From assembly GCA_000934665.2 (NCBI GenBank), contig KZ537969.1, positions 186,001 through 250,000 of the forward strand: a stretch of DNA of 64,000 nucleotides, in the 5' to 3' direction. Below are positions 1 to 10,656 of this stretch, piece by piece. The stretch's first letter is position 1. Every line of letters starts with the position of its first letter. This DNA is from Catajapyx aquilonaris. Its lineage: Eukaryota. A program made the position numbers and the translations under genes. The notes beneath the pieces were generated by a model. The model ran no database searches, was not told the origin of the DNA, and saw nothing but the letters and a program-made list of their open reading frames with translations.

Positions 1-166
1 AACACTCCTGAGCCAAGCCGCTTGCGACTCAGGCGCTAACAAAATACCCACCATTACGGATCCAGCTAGTTTTTGTTATCGTAAAATAGCCTGACAGTGC
101 AGTACAACAGCCAACTGCCAAAAGCGTTGCAATTACTTCAAATTTTGAATGCTGATTGTATTACAG

Positions 167-310
167 GCAAAGGAAGCATATGACTGCAGTCAACAGTATG
201 AGATGCTCAACCCTGAGGATGTTGCAAGAGCTGTCCTATTCGCTGTGTCGCAGCCCCAACACTGCGCAATCAACGAGATCCTCATTGAGCCTAAACTTGC
301 CCCCATTTAA
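167..310 (+). CDS. Last coding exon of a short-chain dehydrogenase/reductase (gene begins upstream of the window)
   Basis: The ttacag acceptor at 161-166 is followed by [47 protein letters not shown] (TAA 308-310). LxPEDVAxAVxxAxxQP...INEIxIxP is the C-terminal motif of YdfG/DHRS11-like SDRs. This frame is not in the ORF track. Confidence 0.85.
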   Translation, partial: AKEAYDCSQQYEMLNPEDVARAVLFAVSQPQHCAINEILIEPKLAPI

Positions 311-752
311 TTCGGAGATGTTGAACCTGTTTTTCATGCTTCTAACTCTGTCACTACTAGTAGTGTGCTTCTGCTAATCAAGATTCTTCCATAATCTTTC
401 TCATGGGTTACCTTAGTGGCGTAGCATAACGATGAAAAACCTGAAGTAATTTATTCATTTCAAATCCTGGCCAAGACAATTTTCTCACAGCACTTTATAC
501 TTCTATAATGAAAGGTTTCAAATATATTCTCATATGCATTCCTGTCAGAATGACTTGATTCAATACGATGTATTGCACAGTTTTATTTATGACCTGGTCA
601 AATGTGACAAAAGTCCATTTCCTGTATCATTAAAGACTTTTATTGTACTGCACTTTCCACTTATATCAATTCCTTTGAACAATATCATATTATTTACAAC
701 AGTCATTCACAGAGTCACAAGCACATACATAGAAATTTGATGCTCAAGTCAA

Positions 753-3700
753 TCACGCCTTCTCCTCTTTCTCCCGGTTAAACTTTTCCAGCTCTTTCAA
801 GAACTGCGCCTTGGGTTTCATGATGTTGGGCCTGTCTCCCCTACACTTGGGGCAGTACCACTTCCCTTTAGGCTTGGTTGCAAGTCCTACACATGAGAAG
901 TGGAACCATTCTATCGGGCACAGGTCGTTGTCACAACCAATCATCTCTCCATAAGACACCTGGAAGCAAGATTATTAAATAGTGAGCATTTCCGAAGCAA
1001 GCTTGTGAGACATGATGACTATGTCACTTCAGATGATATGAAATCAGTCCGGTCATGCAAAAGTCCTCACCTGATCACACAGGCAGTACGTCGGTTCGTC
1101 TGGATCAATCGGGATGTCTGGCGGGGAATCTTCCCTTTCCTTCTCCTTCTCCTGCTTGCTCTTCCTCTTCTTCTTTCTGTTTCCACCCACGCCTCCCCCG
1201 ACCCCACCACCCATGCCACCTCCCCCACCTGCTCCACCTCCACCCCCTCCGCCTCCTCCGCCTCCTCCCTTCTTCGCTGATGCAGCTGAAGCAGAACATA
1301 GGGCCAGGAGGGGCTTGTCCAGGAGCAGATCCATGGCAGAATCATTGCAATGGGTGGCCTCTCCTCGAGTACGGCGGGCTCGCTTTGACTGACGCTCACC
1401 TGAGTGAAGGTCACGTGAGGAGTCCCCGTTGTCATGGTCACGACCTATGTCTTTAGTGGGAAACAAGGTTAATTAATGAGTACTCTGGCCTAATGCACAT
1501 CTTAAAGTCCGGACTTTGGAATAATCATTAACTAAACCATGAAGCAAATCAGGTTTCATAATCATTAACTAAATTATGAAGCAAATCAGGTTTCATAATC
1601 ATTGTTTGATTCTCAAATAATTGTTAAATAAAGTACTCATCAAAATGAAACTGATAATAAACTGTGAATCAAGGCATAATAAAATAATTGCAAATGCAGG
1701 TAACGTGACTTCATGGTAAATGCACTCCTCAGTATGAGCACTCGAGTCGAGTATGGTATTCCTGCAGGCAAATGTGGGCAGGGAAAAAGCTGTCTGCACA
1801 TTTACACATCAATTTCCTCTAATGTTATCTGTTGCTAAAAATTATGAGCAATCAGTCTAATTTAGACTAGAGTCACATTAGCAAGTTGTAGTGTAATATT
1901 TTACATATTTTAAAATGACCCCCCTGTAAATGCCAGTTTATAAATTTAATACTGGTATGATCGGCTACCCATCAAGTCATACTCGTGACCATTTGATAAT
2001 GCTTTTCCAATCTAATTTGGACATGTCAACTAGCTGTGAAATGTAACTTTTCTCTAACATTTTCTCTAAAATTCTGTAATTTCTAAAAGATTCTTGCAAA
2101 TTCTTACTTTGAACTTGGGCTCTTCTGATGTGCATCATCGGGTGTAATTCAGGAGAAGGAGTCGTTGTGGGAGAGGGAGTCTGAGAGAGGTGACTGGATG
2201 ATGGTTGAAGAGATGTAGGAGGTACGTGGATGACAGTTGGGCTTTCTAGTCACAAGTTACCTGTACATGTCATGCAAACCAAGGTCATTGATCATCTAGT
2301 ACCAGTTGTTATTACCCTTGCCGATCAGGTAGAGTTATTCCTGAATTTGCACATGAAGCTCTTGTTATAGCCTACCTAATGTCAGGCAGAAATCATAACA
2401 CTTCAATATCATCAAATAAGGTGCTACATGAATGTGCAGGTGAATTTATGCCTTTTTGGCTGACTGAAGATTTAAAAGTTGCGACTAGGAACAAATAGTG
2501 ATACTGTACTGTGATTATATCCCTAGATTTCCTACTAACCATACTCACAAAATTACTACACAGCATGTGCAACAGGGATCCTCTACCTTATGCAATGGAG
2601 GTAATCACAATGGACACTTCAGGGCTGTTTACATCAGCAACTTGTGGTATGAACAAGTCACCTTGTGTAAACCCTTGCAGATGAATGCTTTGCAGGTGTA
2701 TGTAAACTATGGGGAGATGCACTTGTGGGCATAGGCTACTGACATCCTATCTCCATCACATCCTGCACATCTTCCACAGTGCACACACCATACATTGCAA
2801 CGAAAAAAACTTAAGTCCGAAAGAAAAATGAGTAAAAAACTGAAACGAATCCGAACCTCTCTTCCTACCCAGGTTCTTATAGTCAATCTCCAGCTGCCTC
2901 GCCTTGTTATCCACCAAATCCTGAATCTGCTGCATCAGCTGAAGCTTCTCATCCCCAATCTCCTGCGCTGCAATCAGAATACCCTTGATCCGCTGCATAT
3001 GCCTCTTCCGCGACGTTGGATCCTGCCGCAACGAATCCTGAAGCTGATCCAAATCCCGCAGATATCCTGCAGAGATACACTACATTAATATATTGCAACT
3101 TGCTAGGTACCAAAACTGTTGTGTTCCCCCTAGCTCCATTCCATGAACAGTTGCAGAAATGTGTAAGTTAGCAGACCTGAAAATTAGCCTCCGCATGAGC
3201 CATAAAGAGGGAGGGACTCTCGTTGAGGCTAATTTGAGCTTCAGATCTGCTACCTTACTTCTTTAAATTGTGGAAAAGAATAAGGTAGCAGACCCGAAGC
3301 TCAAATTAGCCTCCCTGTACCTCATGGGTCATGGAGAGGCTCTCTTTGAGGCTAATCTGAGCTTCAGATCTGCTACCTTACTCCTTTCTGCAACTGTACA
3401 GCATGGACATTAATCGATTTATACTGCTAGGGACATTTTCCTTAGCGGCAGAAGAACAAATCTTGCTCACACGGCTTCCTTGCACTATCCATATCTTCGA
3501 TTCGTTCTTCTGCCGCTTCGGAAAATGTTGCTAGCGGTATGACTCAATTAATGTCCAACACTGTACATTTGAAGGAGTACGGTGCCCTTCAAGAGAGATG
3601 CTATGTCTCATCACGAATCGTGACGTAGCGGCTAAATTTTCAGGTCCTCACAAGTCGTGATTAGGCTACCTTCTTTAAGTTGCGGAAATGTCTAATGTAG

Positions 3701-4114
3701 CAGACCTGAAGCTCAAATTAGCATCCATGCAAGGTGATCCTCCCTGTACCTCCCTTTGAGGCTAATTTGATCTACAGGTCTCCGTGTCTGTACTCACCAG
3801 CTGTTCTGGATCCAATACTTGTTCGGGCCAATTGTTCTAATTACATTCAACATTGGAGCATGATTTCCATGCCAACCACCATTTTTTTTGTCTCTCTTAT
3901 TTTTTTTTTCAATTGTGTTTCGCACGGATCAGATCGTTCGAATTCAGTGTCCCGTACCTTGATAGCTGACGTCCAGCTCTCTCATCCGGGACAGCTGCCT
4001 CTGCACGTCGTCGGGAAGGTTCTCGACGCAGTCCAAGTAATCCTCCAGGTACGTGGCGGAGTACAGGGCTTCAAGAGCCGCCGCATTCATCGGATCCTTC
4101 GACTTCACGTCCAT
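753..4114 (-). CDS. ING1: Inhibitor of growth protein (ING1/ING2-type), about 313 aa; exons 4114-3958, 3066-2869, 1450-1071, 959-753
   Basis: N-terminal ING domain ([29 protein letters not shown]...GDEKLQ), basic NLS (RKKKRKSK), PHD finger ([49 protein letters not shown]) and a basic tail. All introns are GT-AG and phase-consistent (942 nt total). A second in-frame ATG lies at 4090. Confidence 0.95.
1521..1603. repeat. 37-bp tandem duplication (about 2.25 copies) in ING intron 2
   Basis: ataatcattaactaaa(cc/tt)atgaagcaaatcaggtttc occurs at 1521 and 1558, with a partial copy at 1595. Confidence 0.9.
3148..3396. mobile_element. MITE-like element made of two tandem hairpin units (family A)
   Basis: Outer inverted ends cagttgcagaaa...tttctgcaactg. 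Internal units 3163-3258 and 3281-3380 each carry about 30-bp inverted arms (TAGCAGACCTGAAGCTCAAATTAGCCTC / GAGGCTAATTTGAGCTTCAGATCTGCTA). Confidence 0.75.
3399..3563. mobile_element. Tc1/mariner-type MITE with long imperfect terminal inverted repeats (family B)
   Basis: TA|CAG...CTG|TA boundaries. About 70-bp imperfect inverted arms (ggacattaat...cattttcc..gcggcagaagaac / gttcttctgccgc..ggaaaatg...attaatgtcc). No coding capacity. Confidence 0.7.
3680..3781. mobile_element. Degenerate third copy of the family A hairpin unit
   Basis: gtagcagacctgaagctcaaattagcatc ... gaggctaatttgatctacaggtct, preceded by the same ttgcggaaatg junction seen in the other copies. Confidence 0.7.
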
Positions 4115-4289
4115 TTTTGTCCGAAACTGACCCCAAGCTTGTCACAACCTGATCAGCCTTCCTCGGCGGTTAAGTGCTGCCACCTCCCGCCCGAATTACA
4201 TAACCGGCTCTAATTACAAACAAATTAATTTAAATTATAAAATTAATGCTGTAATTGCACGTACAATCTACATTACAATTATTTATAAA

Positions 4290-4560
4290 AAAATGCGATT
4301 GGCTGTATGTAGTGAGCGGCTGTGTTCCGATTGGCTGCCGTTTGTAGCTAGCTGTTGCGAAAGGCACATTAGTTTTGTCAAGGGAAGTTCGAACACGGAA
4401 GAGTTGTGCTCAGGCTTCTGTTGCCGATTTTGCAGGTTAGTTGGCCCCGGGTTGGCCCCGGGGGTGGCCCACCAGGTGTGCTGGAGCCGTACAGTGCCAG
4501 GGTGGATCAGGGCCCGGCAGGTTGGGGTCAAGGGACAGGCAGGGGGGGAGGGTGTCACCG
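4290..4560. promoter_or_regulatory. ING proximal promoter: two CCAAT boxes and a G-rich block with G-quadruplex potential
   Basis: gattggct at about 4298 and 4329, upstream of the ING ATG. G-runs gggg-tcaa-ggg-acaggca-ggggggg-a-ggg at 4524-4552. Confidence 0.5.
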
Positions 4561-5974
4561 GCTTTTTATTCGGGGCTGGCCAAATCAGGTCAAGCCAGGT
4601 AGGAAGCTTTGCTCATATACACGGGCCAGGCTTGTACCGGCTGGTGCAGTACCGGAATGTAGAAGCACGGACGTAATTAATTGCATTCGGGCTTAATTAA
4701 AATATGAACAAAGCAATCCCGCCAAAAAATAACGTCCGCCAAAAATGGGGTGCAAATCGCAAGCATATCCCCTAACCGTTGTTTTGTTGACGGGGATTTA
4801 TTGATAAAACTTATCGATTTTATTATAATTAATGTGCATGCAGCTTGAAACTAATTATTTCATGCACATTTCGTACTGGACGCCGTAATCGTAGTGCATG
4901 TTCAAGTAACAGGTTGGCCACGCTTGGCAGAAAGTTCAAACGGGCTTGCCAACTGTTGGGATTGGCAGCCCGCGTTGTTCGAACCGGTATTGTACTCAAC
5001 AAATGTAATTACATGTAATTATGTACTTTCAACCTTTACGAGCGCAACCGAGTGCGCACCCACACTCACGCAAGTCCATTGTTGCCACAGTTGCATCTCA
5101 AGGGCATGTAAGGTTTTCGGCAACATCGCCAAAGTTGGAAACAATTTGCGCGAACCATGTTGCGCACTAGGTTGCGCTTATTAAAAATTCATCTAAAATC
5201 GAAATTTATTGGCTTAACCTTTACACTGATATTGTTGGCATACTCCCATCAAGATGGGGGTTCCCAGCGATGACCAGGTACTTTAATCCACCTGGCCATC
5301 TGGTACTGTACAACCAGTGTCATGAATTGTGTTTCACCTTGAATTCATTGGTGAATTCAAGCCCAATTTGATATCCTTGGGCTTGGCACTGTTGGAAGTC
5401 CAGTGGGTTGTGAATTAATATGTTTGCTATTCTTCTCTTTTGGGTGCACAGGTTTTTTTTTTTCTTACTTCCTTCGCGGTATTCGCCCACAAACATCTCC
5501 GCATGCTCGCAGGGTCAGGTTGGCTTGCCTGCGTCCAATCAGAGGCCGCACACTTGAAAGACACGTCCTTCGAGCCTCCGCCACCTGTAATACCTACCTG
5601 AACCAGAGGGAAGAAGAAGAAAAAGAAGGTAAAAAAGAAGAAATATTTACGAGAAGAACCCGCAAGTTGCAGACAAGACAACGATGTTTCCATCCAAGAT
5701 CACCGTCGGTTTGGGCAACGACACCAGGTCTCTGTTCAAGTAAGTCTGTTCGTTTGGCCAGAGAAAAGCACAGAAAATTCAATTAAAAAAAACACACACA
5801 ATATTGTCGCCATTGTTGGTACAACAGGCGACAAGACATTGCACAAATTCGCAGTTGGGAAACTCTTAGGATGTGTGGTAATATAGGCAGGAAAACAGGT
5901 TCTTTTTGCGGACTTAGCGCCTACAATGGATGGAGTAAGAATGGGGTGAAAAAAAAGGAGGTGCAAAAAGGGAG

Positions 5975-6150
5975 CGGAATTTTGTGACGTCACAAATCTC
6001 ATTTCACGGGTTTAACAGGCGGAAGGAGTTGTGTCGTCTTCGGATAATTCGATGTGACTAAGGTGCATCTCGAAGGTCAACCTGAGGAATTCCTCAATCT
6101 TTTACACTTAATTGCAATTACGAGCCGCCATTGTTTCGGTCGGTATGTTC
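5975..6150. promoter_or_regulatory. Putative (possibly bidirectional) housekeeping promoter
   Basis: Palindromic CRE tttgtgacgtcacaaa (5981-5996), YY1-type gccgccatt (6124-6132) followed by a + strand GTATGT donor-like site at 6143, and a second CRE near 6326. Confidence 0.4.
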
Positions 6151-9100
6151 CCTTCAGCCTTTTTTTTTCTTCGTAAATATAAATTTTGGGGTGTCCTGCA
6201 GGTTGCCATATTTGGTCATAAAAATGTGTAATATGTTGGTGAATTTTAATGGCGCGTGCTAAGATGACTTATGTGGTAGTTCTACGTAGTTGAGCATGAG
6301 GGTGAATGCGCTCTTAGGGAGGTAGTGACGTCAGGATGTCTTCAGTACGAGTAAACACATGCTCGATTAAAATAGTCAGAACGGGATCAATGTGTCAACC
6401 GGTACTTTTTTATTATTATAGTGCTCTCATTTTATTTTTACAGAGGATGACAATAAGCACTGGTTTTTTTCCATATCTGGAAAGAAATTTTTGCTCCTAA
6501 AGTATTGGTGCAGAACTTGGCTAATTCCATGGCGACACTTTTTATATGATGGGATCCATTACGGAAAAATTCCCCCGTTCTAGTTCGTGCCAAGGGCTCC
6601 TTTCGTTCTTTAATGTTCACATTGAATAATGCTATACGGTGTTTGTTTTTTATTTTCAAATGCGTCTTATCCGTGGGAAAATTTACGCTCGGAAACAAGT
6701 GGTTAAAACGTGTGCGACACGGCAGGCGGTCAGTTTGTTTTTATGCCTGTAATGAACCTGTATACGTAAAGGATATGTGGAGGGCTTCACATTTCAGAGG
6801 ACTTGTGTACCGGCACGATAAGACATTAAGGGGATTATACGGTGATTGCTGTGTAACAGAAGCTGCAATTTTCTCTCAGCCAGTAATTTGTATCAAGCAC
6901 GATGAGTTCTTCTTTTTGTGGTGTGCTGTTCTGTGGCCAAGTTATGATTATGAGCCGTAATTAGTGGGGGGGAATACGAGTTTCAATGACTTTTGTCATT
7001 AAGATAAGACTGTCGTAACTTACAGGATGCAATCGGTAGTATTTTACATGCGCATCCGAGCATCTTGTGATATTAATGCTTCGAAATTACATGTTGGTGT
7101 CGAAATTACCAGGTTGTGTGTCAACTTGGGTCAACATGTTATTTCGAAGCAGGTTATCGCTTTTTTTTATTTAAAAAAAAATTATTGGCGGCGATGAATC
7201 GGCGTGGTCCACAGTGGATGACCACCACGCCCAGCACCGCCCATGGTGAAACATGACCACAAAGGTCACTTTGCGGCCTGCTAATAAGCCTATTGAAGCA
7301 AGGGGCTCCTATACGACCATTATGCTGAAGAATGATGACTACTCATTTCCTGTCTCCACCCGGCGGCATATCTTACACTCATTATACACACATGGAGCAT
7401 ATTCAACCCCCTCATGCGTAATTCAGATTTCACGGAACTGCATCTCCAACCGAGGTAAACAAGAGACATGTTGTGGTCTTTTTGGATGCAAAATTTTTTA
7501 TCTCAAAAAAAGAGGGGTGGACTTTGAAGGGTTTTGACCCGGTTCGTGCTGGCGTGGGTCTCTTGTGGCAAATGGTATGCACGTAGGTAGCTGCTGGGGT
7601 CCTTGAGAAAGGAAAAAAGATGGGGTTGGTGGACCCCCGCATCTGTGCTTATGGAGATGGAACACCACGAGACGACGCTAATTAAGTAGCGCAGTGTTCT
7701 GGCACACCCTGTACTACATGGTGACTCATACACATATGTACAGTGCTTGTCAAGTGTATTGTATTGCTAATTGACAATTATTGGATGTGACTGATAAAAC
7801 TTTTGGGGGAACCCTGTAGTACAGGGTGTGTCAGAGCATCTGAGCATATTGAGACGTAATGATCCCGGGCGTCACTTGCATTTTCACGTCTTCATTGTGC
7901 TCAATGAGTGTCATGGAAATTTAAAAGGGAAAACAGTCCTTTTTAGGCGTGTGTCGTAATGCAGTGTGGGTTGATTCGTAATTTTGGCGGCGGTTTTTAA
8001 TTAGCGAGCTCGAACCGGCTGATGTGACCTTTTTGTGACTGAGGTCACCCTGTTCCTTATGAGTGGCGGTTCCAATTTTGCGGATAATCAGGGACGCCGG
8101 TTGCTTCATGGCCGAAAAAGCGGGGGTTTTAAAGAAAGATTGATCACATGCGCCGAATGTTGCGCCGGCTTACCTGGGCTGTACAAGGTGATGGCCATGA
8201 TATCTAGTTTTCTAGTAAGCCCAGTCCTATTTTAGACAAGGTGGGTTTTCGAACCGAACAGACCTAAGCAGTCGGCTGAAGTGTCTAGGAGCTGCAGTGA
8301 GGAGAGAAAAAACCATGGTTCTGTAAGTAGGACGAGGTTGTGTCGAAGCAAAAATTATTAGTGAATAATCGATCTGCGATAAGTAGGGCCCCCCCCACTA
8401 TAAGGGTTTCGCAGGGTTAGCCATCCCGTGTCCAATTGGAAAGTGAGGAAAATGGTGTTTTAAGGGTCTGATTCTCAAAGAGGGCATTTCATTAGCGGTT
8501 CGAGAGACCTTTGACCTCGTGCTTGAGATGAGTTACTCCTTTCGCCTACTTTTAACAATAATAAAAAAAAGTGAGGGGAAAATTGGTTGAACATGGAAGG
8601 GTCGGATGGTGTCCTGTTCATTCATAATATTTACATATTCATAATATTAGAAGTCACATTGCCCTCTCCGCTGGTGTCATTTGGTTAATTAGTGCTTGGG
8701 ATAAGTGGACGACACCCACATCACTTCTTGTTAGCCAAGTTTATCGCCAGCCTTGTGTTACAAAAAAAAAAAAAAAAATGTTACTTGTGCGTGAATAGGG
8801 AGCTGTGGCGTTATTTTGGTTATTATTTTATTGTTGGGTTCTCCAAGGTGATATTCATAAAAATACAGAGGGTTTCGCTATATTTAGACGTTCTTGTGCA
8901 CGATAATGGGCGATATTGTGATGGAAATAGGCTACTTGAGACATTCCAAGAAGCCTCGAATCATCTTTATTAATCAGTGTTTTTTTTTTTTGCACGGTAG
9001 CCATTTACGATATTGCTACTCAAAGAGAAGCATTGTTGTCGACCTCTTGACCTCGTCCGGGGTAATTAGGCAGAATGATAGGGCAATGGGGATGAAAACA

Positions 9101-10607
9101 CACAAGGAAAAAGGAAATGACAAGTACAGGAGCGATAATTACGACTGAGTACAAGGACAAAGAGGCTGCTCTTCGAACCGAAACACCCGACTTGGGGGGA
9201 TGTCAACTTATGTTGTACAGTACGGTTGTCCTTCCAAGCCTTTTCCAGAGAGCATTAAAAAGGCAAAAGTGAACGCTCCGATGGACACAATATGTGCGAA
9301 AAAATGCGGATGTCTTCTGCTTTTGTGGGATCCAAAATGTTTACCGTTCGGTTTTTGTCCTCAAGATTTTTGTATGAGTTGTCAAATGCAGTGTACGAAA
9401 CGGGGACGTTTGATATCGATTTTGGGGGGCACACTGGAATTTACTACCATGGAAACGTAACAAACTTCATTCTATTTAGCTGCCCCAAATTTTTGGGGGG
9501 TAGTTTATATAAGGGGGGTTCTCAAATTTTTTTGGAAATTAGGAAAATTTATTCAGAAAAATTCACCAGTGATGTCATTCTCACATTATTACACCGCCTC
9601 GCCCACAAGGTGCTACATGTACGGTGCAGAAGACTTGGACAGCTACGGAAAACAGAAGAAACCATGCCTCAGGTACAGTTCATTGGTCGAAGCTTAGGAG
9701 ACCGAAGTTCCGGACTTTTGCCAAGATTTATATGGCGTATAAACCGTAGCTGCAGTCACGTCCAGTTCGCCCAAGCGTCATTTGATAGGCTTTGCGAACC
9801 ACATCCGTCTGGCAGTATATATTTTTTTATCGCCATTATTATTGCACCGGATCATATTCCCGAGTGTATTTTGAGACAGGTTTTATTAGACGTGGTCCGG
9901 GACGTAACTGGAGCGTCCCAAATGTTTGTCCCCTTCTCCTTTCACGCCAACCTCTTCCTCGAAAATTGTCGCGAAGTAGGACTATTCACATGCTGCAAAA
10001 AAATGGCGAAATTAGTGGACAGTTATTAGCAATTTGGGGGTGGTTCTCACGGAAACGATTAGTGCGACATTTCGCAGCCGGGGCAATTTGCGATCGGATC
10101 TTGTAAATACCAGCAGTATAGGGTGAGGCAGATCATATCTATATAAAAAAATTTTTTTTGCACGTTTATACAGCATTGACCCATTGTGTGTAAATTGAAA
10201 CTGCTTAAGGAGGAGATGGATTTTCTTTTTGCGCGGTTATGAAGTGCCCCTTGCAATCCGACCGTGAAGAAGGGATCGTGCCGTTGACCCGACAGTCTCG
10301 AAAACACCGAAATGAGCTCAGTTGGACTCGGATGGCCTCGATTCTCTATTAGAAAAATAGCACTTTTGGAGAAGGAGGAAGATGACTTTGCCTGGCGGGG
10401 GGAAAATGGTTCCGGAAGAAGTGCTTTTATGCCCGGCTAGATGCGTATTCTGACACCGTTTGCTATCACTAATAACCTATTAGCCTGTAAACAGTTGGGA
10501 GGGCTGTCGTAAAAGTTGTCACCACATCGCTGCTATTTGTGGCTCCTGGCAACTGCTGTATTGTTGAGCGCGCCCATGGTTGATTTATTGTATTTATTTA
10601 CTAGATC

Positions 10608-10656
10608 AACTGCCCGCCCACCAGAGGCGCTGCTTCCCCCCATTGCGCCGAACGAT
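10608..10656 (-). repeat. Partial copy of the dispersed NRF1-like/CTCF-like module
   Basis: Reverse complement reads gttcggcgcaatggggggaagcagcgcctctggtgg, matching the copies at 40024, 42766 and 44737. Confidence 0.6.

Noticed and set aside
3148..3781. Repeat-spacer-repeat pattern as a CRISPR-like array
   Set aside because: The repeats are inverted arms, not regular direct repeats. The locus is a eukaryotic intron with no cas genes.
7253..7537. 94-aa ORF with a G|GTAAAC donor and a PPGG in another frame
   Set aside because: The donor is phase 1, not matching the Jupiter phase-2 acceptors, and the PPGG frame terminates quickly.
9292..10029. 245-aa + strand ORF
   Set aside because: No recognisable domain, non-coding-like composition and homopolymer-rich. 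The ASFDRL match to Jupiter looks coincidental.
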